From an uncultured Verrucomicrobiae bacterium (GTDB taxonomy: Bacteria; Verrucomicrobiota; Verrucomicrobiia; Chthoniobacterales; JAFAMB01), in contig CAWIPH010000002.1 in assembly GCA_963837955.1 (NCBI GenBank), positions 1,792,001 through 1,856,000 of the forward strand: DNA of 64,000 nt. The letters are read 5' to 3'. Every line of letters starts with the position of its first letter. Positions within the stretch are counted from its first letter, which is position 1. Positions 10,736 to 19,257 of the stretch are shown here, one piece after another. The notes beneath the pieces are model-generated. The model was not told where the DNA came from and made no database searches. It saw only the letters and a program-made list of their open reading frames with translations. The position numbers and the translations under genes are program-made.

Positions 10736-11224
10736 TCATTGAGCTTTGGCGTGTTCCGCTTCTCCGATAGCTTTGTAGTCGTAGGTTGGATAAAACTCGG
10801 TGTGATATCCGCCCCAAGCAGTCTTTGCGATCGCAAGATTGACTTCGCGCAAACGGTCGGGCGGCACGCGTAGTGTGATAACCTGGCCGATTCCCATCAT
10901 CACGTACCAGGAAACCACCTCGATTCCGGCCGGAGGAAACGCCTTGTAGTAACCCTGTTTCCGCAGTTCGGCGTTGATTTCATCAAGCGTCTTTGATTGA
11001 TCGTGGCGCAGGAAGATGGTGAGCAGAACCGTGTCCTTTGCATTACTGTTTGCCGGCGAATTCGAGACCCCGGGCGATGGAGTCGACTGCTGGGCGCCGA
11101 CGGCTCCGACTAGAATGAGCGTTCCCGAGAGTACCAGCGTACGCGCGACTTTCTGAAAAACGCAGAAATCAAAATGGGATGGGAGTGACTTCATGATGTG
11201 CTTAGGAGGACGAAAGCTGAACAT
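10736..11224 (-). CDS. Conserved hypothetical exported protein
   Basis: Signal-like segment, S/P-rich linker, then a compact alpha/beta domain (LLTIFLRHDQSK...SWYVMMGIGQV). Start uncertain. Confidence 0.7.
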   Translation of the reverse strand: MFSFRPPKHIMKSLPSHFDFCVFQKVARTLVLSGTLILVGAVGAQQSTPSPGVSNSPANSNAKDTVLLTIFLRHDQSKTLDEINAELRKQGYYKAFPPAGIEVVSWYVMMGIGQVITLRVPPDRLREVNLAIAKTAWGGYHTEFYPTYDYKAIGEAEHAKAQ

Positions 11225-11330
11225 AGGACGTTAAATTGGAAACGAAAATGGTGGGACCATCTGGATCCCGAGTCGCCATGAATCCAGAGTCTGGAATTTA
11301 GATTCGCGGCGGTAAGCTGGAATTCCAGAC

Positions 11331-12554
11331 TTACTTCGCGGTATCGTTCAAGATTCGCAACACTTGCGGCGCAAGCGCTTGGGCGTCGCCTACCCAAGTT
11401 TTCAAATGAGCCGCGCGTTCTGTCTTAAACTTTTCCTCCGTGTCATACGGTGGCTTGTTGCGCAATACGAACTGCACGGATGCTAGACCGGAAGACGTCC
11501 GGAAGTAATGCCAGAGATCGTACTCGACCTGTTTCCCGCTGATGAGCAGAAATTCCACGGTCGAAGAGTCGCCGGATTGCGCGATTTCATCGGTTTCTGC
11601 TTGAGGATATTCTTCTTTCACTCGCTTTAGGAGGCCCCGGGTAAACTCAGCCGGACTGCTACCGGCAGGGTCTTGCATCCGAAAGGCAACCATTTTGGCG
11701 TAATTATCTGGCGTCTCGCCCGAACGCAGATATTCGCGGAGTTGCGAAGTAGGGCTGCCTGGAGCACTGACGTTATGGGCCATACGATAGATTTCTCCGC
11801 CAAACGTCACGCTCGCGGCTCCGGAGTCGCTTGAAGTAGCGCCGCCCGATTTCCCGATCTCCTTAGCTGGAGTTGCGGATGTCGAACCGAGTACCTCCGT
11901 TCCGACACCGGTCTGGCCGGCCACCGCCCACAGACCCTGCAACCGTTCGCCTCCGGCTCTGCTATAAACGGCGACCCCAAAGACGCGTCCAGGTATTCCG
12001 GACACGGCTACCAGCGTATCGCCCATCTTGATTCCCACGCCGGTGTAGCTGCCGGTCGACAAGTCCCACCGGATGCTATAGGTGTCGCCGCTCGGCGTGA
12101 TGGTGACGCTTCCGGCCATCCCGTTAACAAATTTGTAGGAACCGTTGAGCGATGCCGGACCGACGAGTTCGTATTCACCAACCTGCTGCGGGGCAGTCGG
12201 AAGCAACCACTTCGCCATGAGGGAACCGCCCGAGATTCGATAGACTGCCAGCCCAGAAAGTCCATCTCCATAGCCAACACCAAGCACATCGCCATACTTT
12301 ATTCCGATGCCTGTGTAGCTCTCTCCACTGGTCAGCGTCCAATTTACCGCAACCGATGGCCCTTGCTCGCGGACGGAAACTTTTCCCGTATAGCTGCCTT
12401 TTCCGTCGGGTCGAGACGACTCGATAATGCGATATTCGCCAGATAGCTCCGCCGCCGAAGCCTTGGCTAAGTCGGAAGCTTCGAGCCCCGGGGATACGCT
12501 ATAGAGAAGCAGAGCGCCAGTCTGCAGTGCCCATCTGCCTGGGAAGATTTTCAT
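11331..12554 (-). CDS. Secreted protein with a duplicated beta-rich domain and a separate C-terminal domain
   Basis: Signal peptide; internal repeat SYTGIGIKYGDVLGV / SYTGVGIKMGDTLVA; S/G/T linker. Confidence 0.75.
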   Translation of the reverse strand: MKIFPGRWALQTGALLLYSVSPGLEASDLAKASAAELSGEYRIIESSRPDGKGSYTGKVSVREQGPSVAVNWTLTSGESYTGIGIKYGDVLGVGYGDGLSGLAVYRISGGSLMAKWLLPTAPQQVGEYELVGPASLNGSYKFVNGMAGSVTITPSGDTYSIRWDLSTGSYTGVGIKMGDTLVAVSGIPGRVFGVAVYSRAGGERLQGLWAVAGQTGVGTEVLGSTSATPAKEIGKSGGATSSDSGAASVTFGGEIYRMAHNVSAPGSPTSQLREYLRSGETPDNYAKMVAFRMQDPAGSSPAEFTRGLLKRVKEEYPQAETDEIAQSGDSSTVEFLLISGKQVEYDLWHYFRTSSGLASVQFVLRNKPPYDTEEKFKTERAAHLKTWVGDAQALAPQVLRILNDTAK

Positions 12555-12755
12555 TACGGGGATTCAGGAATGGCGCCAGCGTACAGGAAACGGGGTAGGC
12601 GATACAAGACGGGAGGAAGTCTAGAAACAGCAAACAGACGAATGCAGCTGAACTTCAGGGCAAGCGGAGAGCCGCGAGCCCGCACCATTCCGTTAGAGTA
12701 TCGCGATGCGCATGATCAGACTGTACCTCAGCCGCTAACCGCCACCTCCAAACTT

Positions 12756-12782
12756 GGGAATATTCGACCCTATGCCGGGTCT
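12756..12782 (+). promoter_or_regulatory. Candidate ECF sigma promoter
   Basis: GGGAAT-N17-GTCT, matching four other copies in the window. Confidence 0.5.
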
Positions 12783-13016
12783 ATTGTTTAGGGTGGGTTC
12801 CTTGGACAAGCTGCTCGGCGGTTCGCAAACTGTTTCACAAAATATTATATTGTAAGGGGGATGGCCGTGAAAGGTGCAACGCTTCATCCGCGAGTTTTGC
12901 TTAAGGTTCCGACGAAAATCGGAAAGGCGTTACATCACCAATGCCAGATCGATAGGAATCTCTTGAAGTCTCTCGATATTTGAGCGCCGTTCGATAGAAC
13001 GGCCGAATGAAGCCAT

Positions 13017-13056
13017 AGGAAAGCGGTAAGGCTTGGCTGCACGCCGAGCCTTACCG
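13017..13056 (-). terminator. Intrinsic terminator downstream of the TPR gene
   Basis: 14-bp stem CGGTAAGGCTTGGC/GCCGAGCCTTACCG (one imperfect pair) followed by CTTTT on the minus strand. Confidence 0.6.
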
Positions 13057-13122
13057 ACATGGTATTAGCTCCGGGGACGGGTCGTCCCAAGTTTTGCTAA
13101 GTCAGGAGTCGGCCCGCGAAAC

Positions 13123-13659
13123 TTAGGAACTTACTTTCTTTGCCGCGCCGTAAAGTTCGTCGTCCTCTTTTCCGGTCTTCATGAAGTCGTCCAGCTCTTT
13201 TGCGTAGCGCGGATTCATCTTCTGGAGCGCTGCCAGATCGGCTTGCGCCTCAGCCTTACGTCCCATTATCGCATAGAGAACACCGCGATACATGTAGGCT
13301 TCAGCCAATTTTGGCTTGAGCTGAATCGCCTTGTTGTAGTGGTCCAGTGATAGTTGGTAGTTTTGCGATCCTTGCTTGCGCAGCACGAACGCCAGATTGT
13401 TGTGCGCTTCCGCCAGCCGGGGATTTGCTTTTAGGGCTGCCTCGAATTTGGCCTGAGCCTTCGCGAACTGCTTGGCTTTCATCAGATCGACGCCCTCGTT
13501 GTAAGCTTTGATGGCGGGATCCTCCTGCTTGACTTGTGGGAACCCCTGGGCCGCGGGTGGGTTCATCGATCCGCTTCCGGCACCAAACGCTGGAAGAATC
13601 GTGAGCGCGGTGATAGCGCAGACGCCCGAAAAGTTTTTTAGAATGAAGGACTTGTTCAT
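13123..13659 (-). CDS. Secreted TPR-repeat protein
   Basis: Signal peptide from MNKSF; TPR motifs AEAHNNLA and AEAYMYRG. Confidence 0.88.
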   Translation of the reverse strand: MNKSFILKNFSGVCAITALTILPAFGAGSGSMNPPAAQGFPQVKQEDPAIKAYNEGVDLMKAKQFAKAQAKFEAALKANPRLAEAHNNLAFVLRKQGSQNYQLSLDHYNKAIQLKPKLAEAYMYRGVLYAIMGRKAEAQADLAALQKMNPRYAKELDDFMKTGKEDDELYGAAKKVSS

Positions 13660-13722
13660 AATAGAGAGATTCTGATGGCGAGCACGCCAACCCAAAACTG
13701 GCTAATGGCCGCTCGCCAAAGA

Positions 13723-13750
13723 AGACCATAACCTTCCCTCATTTATTCCC
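13723..13750 (-). promoter_or_regulatory. Candidate ECF sigma promoter of the TPR gene
   Basis: GGGAATAAAT...GTCT (18-nt spacer after GGAAT), directly after the terminator of the upstream gene. Confidence 0.55.
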
Positions 13751-13756
13751 TAAGGC

Positions 13757-13793
13757 GAAAAGAAATGCCGGGAGGGTGCTGAGCCTCCCGGCA
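13757..13793 (-). terminator. Intrinsic terminator of the ferritin-like gene
   Basis: TGCCGGGAGG/CCTCCCGGCA stem followed by TTTCTTTT on the minus strand. Confidence 0.8.
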
Positions 13794-13879
13794 CAATTCT
13801 GTCTGTAACCCCGGCCACTGAGGATCCCGCAGCCGCGGGACCTCCAACCACCATGATCTATCTTTGGCCGATTTTAGCT

Positions 13880-15157
13880 CTAGTCATTTTCGGATTGGCG
13901 CTGGGCGGCATCCGCATCTCTAGCCAAATCCTTTAACAGCTGAGTAAACTCTCCGGTCTGGCCCATGAAAAGTCCGTCCGCGGTGAGACCGTTGACTGCG
14001 CCCATCGCAGCCCCCTTGGTCTTGGTCGAACGTATAATCGAACAGATCGGGAACTTTCGGTTAAGGAATGGGCATGGCTCGGGCATGATCAGGTTGGCCT
14101 GTAGAAGCTCATCCGTTGAAGCATGGAGGTCTTTAAAGGTCACGGTTGAGTTGTTGATCGTGTCCATCACTGTAAGCGGAGGCAGGCCTGCCTGTGCGTT
14201 ACCTGCCTTGTCCACCCAAGTCTGTAAGTGTGCTGTCTCGGTTGGGCCGATACTGAGCACGATTCGCAAAACTTCCGGGTCGGTTACTCTCTGAGCGAGC
14301 TCAGGGTAGAGGCTGGTACCGCCTTGCTCAATAAAGGCAAAGTGGAACCCCGCCGTGTAGGCGATCGCAGTGATGAGGGGGACGTTGGTCGAGTCAGCAT
14401 CAGTTCTGGGAATTGCCGTATGCAGCCCAGTATTCAAACTCGGGACTGCTCGATCTGCATCGTCGTTGAATGAGTCACCCAGATCGGGGTTTCTGTTGTC
14501 GGCGCGGTACCGACCCCAAAAACTGGTGTCCACCGTGAGTTGTGTAAGGTTGGTAAGCCGTCCCTTTTTGGTTGAGCCTGTTGCCATACTACCTGCCAAC
14601 GTGCGGAAATGAGTGCCAACCAGGAGATCGAGGTCCGACGTATTGGCTTTTTTAGATTTTAGGTAAGCAAGCAGGAAGTTCGCGTGGCTGAACTCGTCAT
14701 CGGTATTGTCCTGAATGTACTGGGGCATATCGCCATCCAGAATCAGAAGACCCGTCGTGTAACCCGGGTTACCGCCAGTGATCTTTGGCTTAGCACCAGT
14801 TGCGGGATTGGTAGCTGCGAAATCATCATTTGTGTTTCCTATTGTTCCCGGCTGAAGTCCTCCCAGTTCCCAGTATTGTTCCCAGAGATCGCTCTCGAGG
14901 ATTTCTGCTGCGCACAGGAACCGAAGAATTGAGGCGTCGCCGTCCGATAATTTGCCACCGCCATCGTCGGTCGCCGCTTTCGCTTTGGCGGCCAACATCG
15001 CGGTAGCCGGAATCAACAACGCACCGGTTGCACCTAGACCCTTGAGGAAAGAACGTCGTCCGACGACGCTCTGGTTCGTTTGACCAGAACTTGATTTACC
15101 TCCTGAGAGGGACTGTGACTGAGGTGTCACGCCATTTTTTTTAATAAATTTCTTCAT
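13880..15157 (-). CDS. Tat-exported ferritin-like domain protein
   Basis: GRRSFLK Tat motif; AAEILESDLW, DDEFSH, FIEQGG and TETAH (E/ExxH di-metal ligands). Confidence 0.85.
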   Translation of the reverse strand: MKKFIKKNGVTPQSQSLSGGKSSSGQTNQSVVGRRSFLKGLGATGALLIPATAMLAAKAKAATDDGGGKLSDGDASILRFLCAAEILESDLWEQYWELGGLQPGTIGNTNDDFAATNPATGAKPKITGGNPGYTTGLLILDGDMPQYIQDNTDDEFSHANFLLAYLKSKKANTSDLDLLVGTHFRTLAGSMATGSTKKGRLTNLTQLTVDTSFWGRYRADNRNPDLGDSFNDDADRAVPSLNTGLHTAIPRTDADSTNVPLITAIAYTAGFHFAFIEQGGTSLYPELAQRVTDPEVLRIVLSIGPTETAHLQTWVDKAGNAQAGLPPLTVMDTINNSTVTFKDLHASTDELLQANLIMPEPCPFLNRKFPICSIIRSTKTKGAAMGAVNGLTADGLFMGQTGEFTQLLKDLARDADAAQRQSEND

Positions 15158-15228
15158 AATACTTTCCGTGGTAAGCGCTTGACGTCAGCTGAAGTTGGAG
15201 TTGGCTGATTAATTCGCTCAATCGAGAT

Positions 15229-15255
15229 AGACTGGAAGTTTCCAGATTTATTCCC
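15229..15255 (-). promoter_or_regulatory. Candidate ECF sigma promoter of the ferritin-like gene
   Basis: GGGAAT-N17-GTCT on the minus strand. Confidence 0.62.
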
Positions 15256-15343
15256 AGAGATCTTGGGATTCAGCGTGGCCTGCTGCGGAGATTTACCCGC
15301 AGCTAACAAAGTGTCCGCGGCCAAAAGAAATGCTTTAGTTTCC

Positions 15344-15370
15344 GGGAATATTTGGGGCGACGAATTGTCA
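15344..15370 (+). promoter_or_regulatory. Candidate autoregulatory ECF promoter
   Basis: GGGAAT-N17-GTCA ending 9 nt before the sigma gene ATG. Confidence 0.62.
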
Positions 15371-15379
15371 CTTCTTTAA

Positions 15380-15907
15380 ATGGGTCAAGAGTTGCCGCGC
15401 TTTGAAGAGCTTTTCTTGCCTCATCTGGATGCGGCATATAATCTCGCGCGCTGGATCGTAGAAAGGGATCAAGACGCGCAGGATGTCGTTCAGGAAGCAT
15501 ACGCTCGAGCCTTGAAGAGTTTTTCCGGATTCCGCGGTGTTAATCCTCGGGCTTGGCTCCTAACTATTGTCCGGAACACCGCCTACAATTGGATCCAGAA
15601 ACACGTAAAAGAAGAGAACCTCATTCCGTTCGATGAAAAGATACACGCTGTACCCGTAACCGAGACCCGTTCCGAATCATCTTACGAAAAGCGAAGACAA
15701 CAACTTCAGGAAGCATTGAAGAGACTACCGGCAGAATTTCGTGAAGTCTTGATCCTCTTTGAATTCGAGGGGTGGTCCTACAAGGAAATAGCGGCGGCGC
15801 TTAGTGTCCCAATCGGGACAGTGATGTCGCGGCTAAGCCGCGCGCGTCGCCGGCTGCAGGAGGCGATTACAGAAGTTCAAGATTTGGAGGCCGAAGATGA
15901 ACTGTGA
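15380..15907 (+). CDS. ECF RNA polymerase sigma-70 factor
   Basis: DAQDVVQEAY and AWLLTIVRN (region 2); SYKEIAAALSVPIGTVMSRLSRAR (region 4). Confidence 0.96.
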   Translation: MGQELPRFEELFLPHLDAAYNLARWIVERDQDAQDVVQEAYARALKSFSGFRGVNPRAWLLTIVRNTAYNWIQKHVKEENLIPFDEKIHAVPVTETRSESSYEKRRQQLQEALKRLPAEFREVLILFEFEGWSYKEIAAALSVPIGTVMSRLSRARRRLQEAITEVQDLEAEDEL

Positions 15908-16748
15908 AGAGGCAGATCGCTTCCTGGACGCCTATTTGGATGGCGAGCTTGAATTGAGTCAACAACTCGAATTGGAGCAGCATCTGAGCGGATGCCCGGA
16001 GTGTGCTACCGCCTTGGAGGAGCGTCGACAATTCCGATCTTTCTTCATCGCGAGCGCGCCCGCGTATAAAGCGCCACCGGAATTACGGACAAAGGTTGAG
16101 GCCATAATGCGCCAAGAGCCGGAGCGACCGAGGTCCGACGAGAAACGGTTTGCATTCTGGCGTCAGCCCTGGCTGTATGCCGCGGCGTTGCTGGCAATCG
16201 GTTTGCCGATCGCGTGGATGGTCTTTTATGGAAACAGAGAGCGCCGGCTTGCTGCCCAAGCCGTCTCGGACTATACCCGCGCGCTTTTCGTAGATCACTT
16301 GTGCGACGTTGTTTCGCCCGATCCGCAAGTTGTGAAACCGTGGCTAACTGCCAAGCTCAATTTTTCGCCACCGGTAGTAGATTTATCCGGATCGGGTTAC
16401 CAAATGCGGGGAGGGCGCGTGGACATTGTTCAGAATCGTCGAGTAGCGACGCTAGTCTATAAACGTAACAAGGATATAGTCACGCTATTCATGTGGCCGG
16501 CAACGCGTCACCGATTTACGGACAGCAACCAGTTCATTAACGGACTAAGTATCTGTACCTGGAATGATTCCAAGCTGAACTACATTGTGGTCTCTACCTT
16601 AGGCGAGTCTCAGCTAGATGAATTCGTGCGGTTGTTCCGGGAGAAGAACTCGGAATCCCAGGGGCAGAACTCGGGGTCCAAGGCGCCGGCCTCAGGGGTC
16701 CACCCCAGGGAAACAAAAACGGATCCGGCTCAGCCCCTCGGTTGGTAA
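15897..16748 (+). CDS. Zinc-finger transmembrane anti-sigma factor
   Basis: N-terminal C...HLSGCPEC ZAS motif, one TM helix and an extracytoplasmic domain; overlaps the sigma stop. Confidence 0.92.
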   Translation: MNCEEADRFLDAYLDGELELSQQLELEQHLSGCPECATALEERRQFRSFFIASAPAYKAPPELRTKVEAIMRQEPERPRSDEKRFAFWRQPWLYAAALLAIGLPIAWMVFYGNRERRLAAQAVSDYTRALFVDHLCDVVSPDPQVVKPWLTAKLNFSPPVVDLSGSGYQMRGGRVDIVQNRRVATLVYKRNKDIVTLFMWPATRHRFTDSNQFINGLSICTWNDSKLNYIVVSTLGESQLDEFVRLFREKNSESQGQNSGSKAPASGVHPRETKTDPAQPLGW

Positions 16749-16888
16749 GATCGCAAACGGCTTAACTCGCCACCTGGCAAAGCCTATGTCGTGACCGTAC
16801 ACGAATCATACTTCCCAAGGTGAATGCGGCCCATCGGACACCTGGATCAAGGAAGGCTTGCGAACCGGCAACGGCCGATCGCCAACCG

Positions 16889-17593
16889 CTAACCGCTAGC
16901 CCTCTCCTGGCCGTAATAGGCGTCCTTCCCATGTTTACGAAAGAAGTGCTTGTCGAGCAAGGTAGACGAAATCGGTGCAACAGAGGGGTTCAGCTGGAGA
17001 GCCTTGTACGCCATCTCAGCGACGATTTCTAGCGCCAACGCGTTTTCGACTGCTTTCGCTCCATTCGGTCCCCAAACAAAAGGACCATGTCCGGCCAGCA
17101 ACACTGCACAAATCTCTTCTGGATTGAGATGCTGAAAACGCTCAATGATCACGTTCCCGGTCTCCCATTCGTAATTTTGCTTTATCTCCGCTTCGGTCAT
17201 CGGGCGTGTGACCGGTATGTCGCCCCGAAAATAGTCGGCATGCGTGGTACCAAGGCAAGGAATCCCCAGTCCGGCTTGCGCAAATGCCACGGCATTTCGC
17301 GAATGGGTATGAACGATGGAACGAACACTACGAAATGCTTGAAAGAGCCGACGGTGAGTTGGCGCATCCGAGGACGGGCGAAGCGTTCCTTCGACTACTT
17401 TGCCGTCAAAGTCGACAACGGTAATCGCTGCAACCGTTAGCCGAGCGTAATCGATTCCACTGGGTTTGATCGCGAAAACTCCCTCTTCCTGATCAGCTAC
17501 GCTGACGTTCCCAAAAGTCAGATCAATCAATTGATATTTCGGCAAGAGCAGGTTCGCTTCGTAACATTCGGCCTTCAGCTCCTGGTAGTGCAT
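16889..17593 (-). CDS. araD: L-ribulose-5-phosphate 4-epimerase
   Basis: TFGNVS, IKPSG, PSSDAPTH, VHTHS, GTTHADYF and RKHGKDAYYGQ. Confidence 0.95.
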   Translation of the reverse strand: MHYQELKAECYEANLLLPKYQLIDLTFGNVSVADQEEGVFAIKPSGIDYARLTVAAITVVDFDGKVVEGTLRPSSDAPTHRRLFQAFRSVRSIVHTHSRNAVAFAQAGLGIPCLGTTHADYFRGDIPVTRPMTEAEIKQNYEWETGNVIIERFQHLNPEEICAVLLAGHGPFVWGPNGAKAVENALALEIVAEMAYKALQLNPSVAPISSTLLDKHFFRKHGKDAYYGQERASG

Positions 17594-17601
17594 GGCATCG
17601 G

Positions 17602-19107
17602 TTAATTTCTGGCCGATAACAGCCCGGTCCGGAACACGTTTTCGCCCGGATAAGGAACTTTATCCGGCAACGGCGTGAATACCTGAGCCATCCCTAGAAG
17701 CTTGAAAGCATCGTAGAGAACTGCTCCGCAATGAGCAAACGCGACGGCAGCGTGGTGATGAAAACGGCCAAGCAGGATATGCCGATAGAACCGGCTAAAT
17801 CCTGGAAGATAAGCGGTCCCGGTGCAGCCAAATGTCTTCGGATCAAGATCCAGAAAGAACCCTTCCATCACATAAGCCTGCAGTTGATCGCCAAAGCCAT
17901 GTACCTGAACAACGGTAATCGGTGATGCATTGAATTGGCCTTCGATGGTCCCCCGGGTGATGTCAGGAGCATTGTTCGGTTCCATCATCCGCTTCATAAT
18001 CACTTGGAACTTCATCTCCGGATTCTTCAAAAGCTTGGTTGAAGCGTTGCCGCAATGAAACATGCCGACCATGTCCTTGATCGGATAATCTTTCAGACTC
18101 TCATGCAGATCCTTCGGAATGCTGTGATTGATGTCGAGAATGCCCACGGTCTCATTCGAGGCGTACTGTCCTAGCAGCTCGGCGACCAAGGAATAGCAAT
18201 CGTTCTCGCAAGCGATAGGAAATCCGCCTTGAGCCATCCGGCCGTTAATGAAGCATGGCACATGGCGGAGGCTAAGTTCCTGCTCAGACCAACATTGTGT
18301 CGCTGCTCCGGACAGCTTCAGTTGATCGCGGAAGTTTCGGATGGCCTTTTCATAGATCGACAGGCGAGAGCCGAACTCCGCATCCGGAATGCTCGGCACT
18401 TCCCGCTTCATATCGGTCTGGATGGCAGCGGTATCCTCACCCTGTGTCCGGATTCGCCGAATCTCGTTTTGTAGATCAAACAACCCAAGCTCTTCCACCT
18501 CGATGCCGATCGAGTTGACCGATGCAATGTTATAGTTGCAGGTCTCAAAGTCTCGTGGTCGCGGCCCGAAGAGACCAACCGTCGCGTTCCGAGCGCCCTT
18601 GACCACCTTCACAATTTTAATGAAATGTTCGATCTCTTTGACTGCTTCTTCCGCGCTGACGACCGGCAATTCCGGAAGGTGGACGCGGTTGGCCAATCCT
18701 CGTTTATTGATCGCCAAGGCGGCGGAAAGCAGCCCACAGAGAGCGTCACCACGCTTCTCTAGCAAGCTCGCGCCCGATTCCTCGGCTGCCGCGATCACCA
18801 TCGTCGGAATGTCCAATTGTTTAATGAAATAAGCGTCTTCGATTTCGGGCGAGAAGTTGCCTAGAAAATAGACGACTGCATCGCATCCAGCCTGCTTGAC
18901 CTGGCGCGCCGCTTCCAACGCGTGTTCTTTCGTTTCGATGATGCGACACTCACCCTGCGGTACAAACAGATCGATTCCGGCTTGCTCACTCTGTTTCAGT
19001 ATCCGGTTCGTGCGCTCTTCCGATAGACTGCGGGGAAAGCAATTTCGGGAGGCAGATATCAGGCCGAGTTTGGTTGTTGGTGAATAGGTTCCGAGTGGAA
19101 GGTACAT
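17602..19107 (-). CDS. L-fucose/L-arabinose isomerase superfamily (FucI-like) protein
   Basis: RGDALCG, QCW, ACENDCY, FHCGN and HHHAAV motifs; lies between araB and araD. Confidence 0.8.
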   Translation of the reverse strand: MYLPLGTYSPTTKLGLISASRNCFPRSLSEERTNRILKQSEQAGIDLFVPQGECRIIETKEHALEAARQVKQAGCDAVVYFLGNFSPEIEDAYFIKQLDIPTMVIAAAEESGASLLEKRGDALCGLLSAALAINKRGLANRVHLPELPVVSAEEAVKEIEHFIKIVKVVKGARNATVGLFGPRPRDFETCNYNIASVNSIGIEVEELGLFDLQNEIRRIRTQGEDTAAIQTDMKREVPSIPDAEFGSRLSIYEKAIRNFRDQLKLSGAATQCWSEQELSLRHVPCFINGRMAQGGFPIACENDCYSLVAELLGQYASNETVGILDINHSIPKDLHESLKDYPIKDMVGMFHCGNASTKLLKNPEMKFQVIMKRMMEPNNAPDITRGTIEGQFNASPITVVQVHGFGDQLQAYVMEGFFLDLDPKTFGCTGTAYLPGFSRFYRHILLGRFHHHAAVAFAHCGAVLYDAFKLLGMAQVFTPLPDKVPYPGENVFRTGLLSARN

Positions 19108-19257
19108 AGTGTGTTATTTTAGAAATTTGGCTCTTGGGGAAAACTCTTACTTGCTTCAAAAATCTCGCGGGCTGCAGCTCTGGCGAGTCGGTAAACTCTC
19201 AAATCACGGAATGATTTTGCTGCGCTCATTGCCCAATCACTAATCACCAATCACCTC

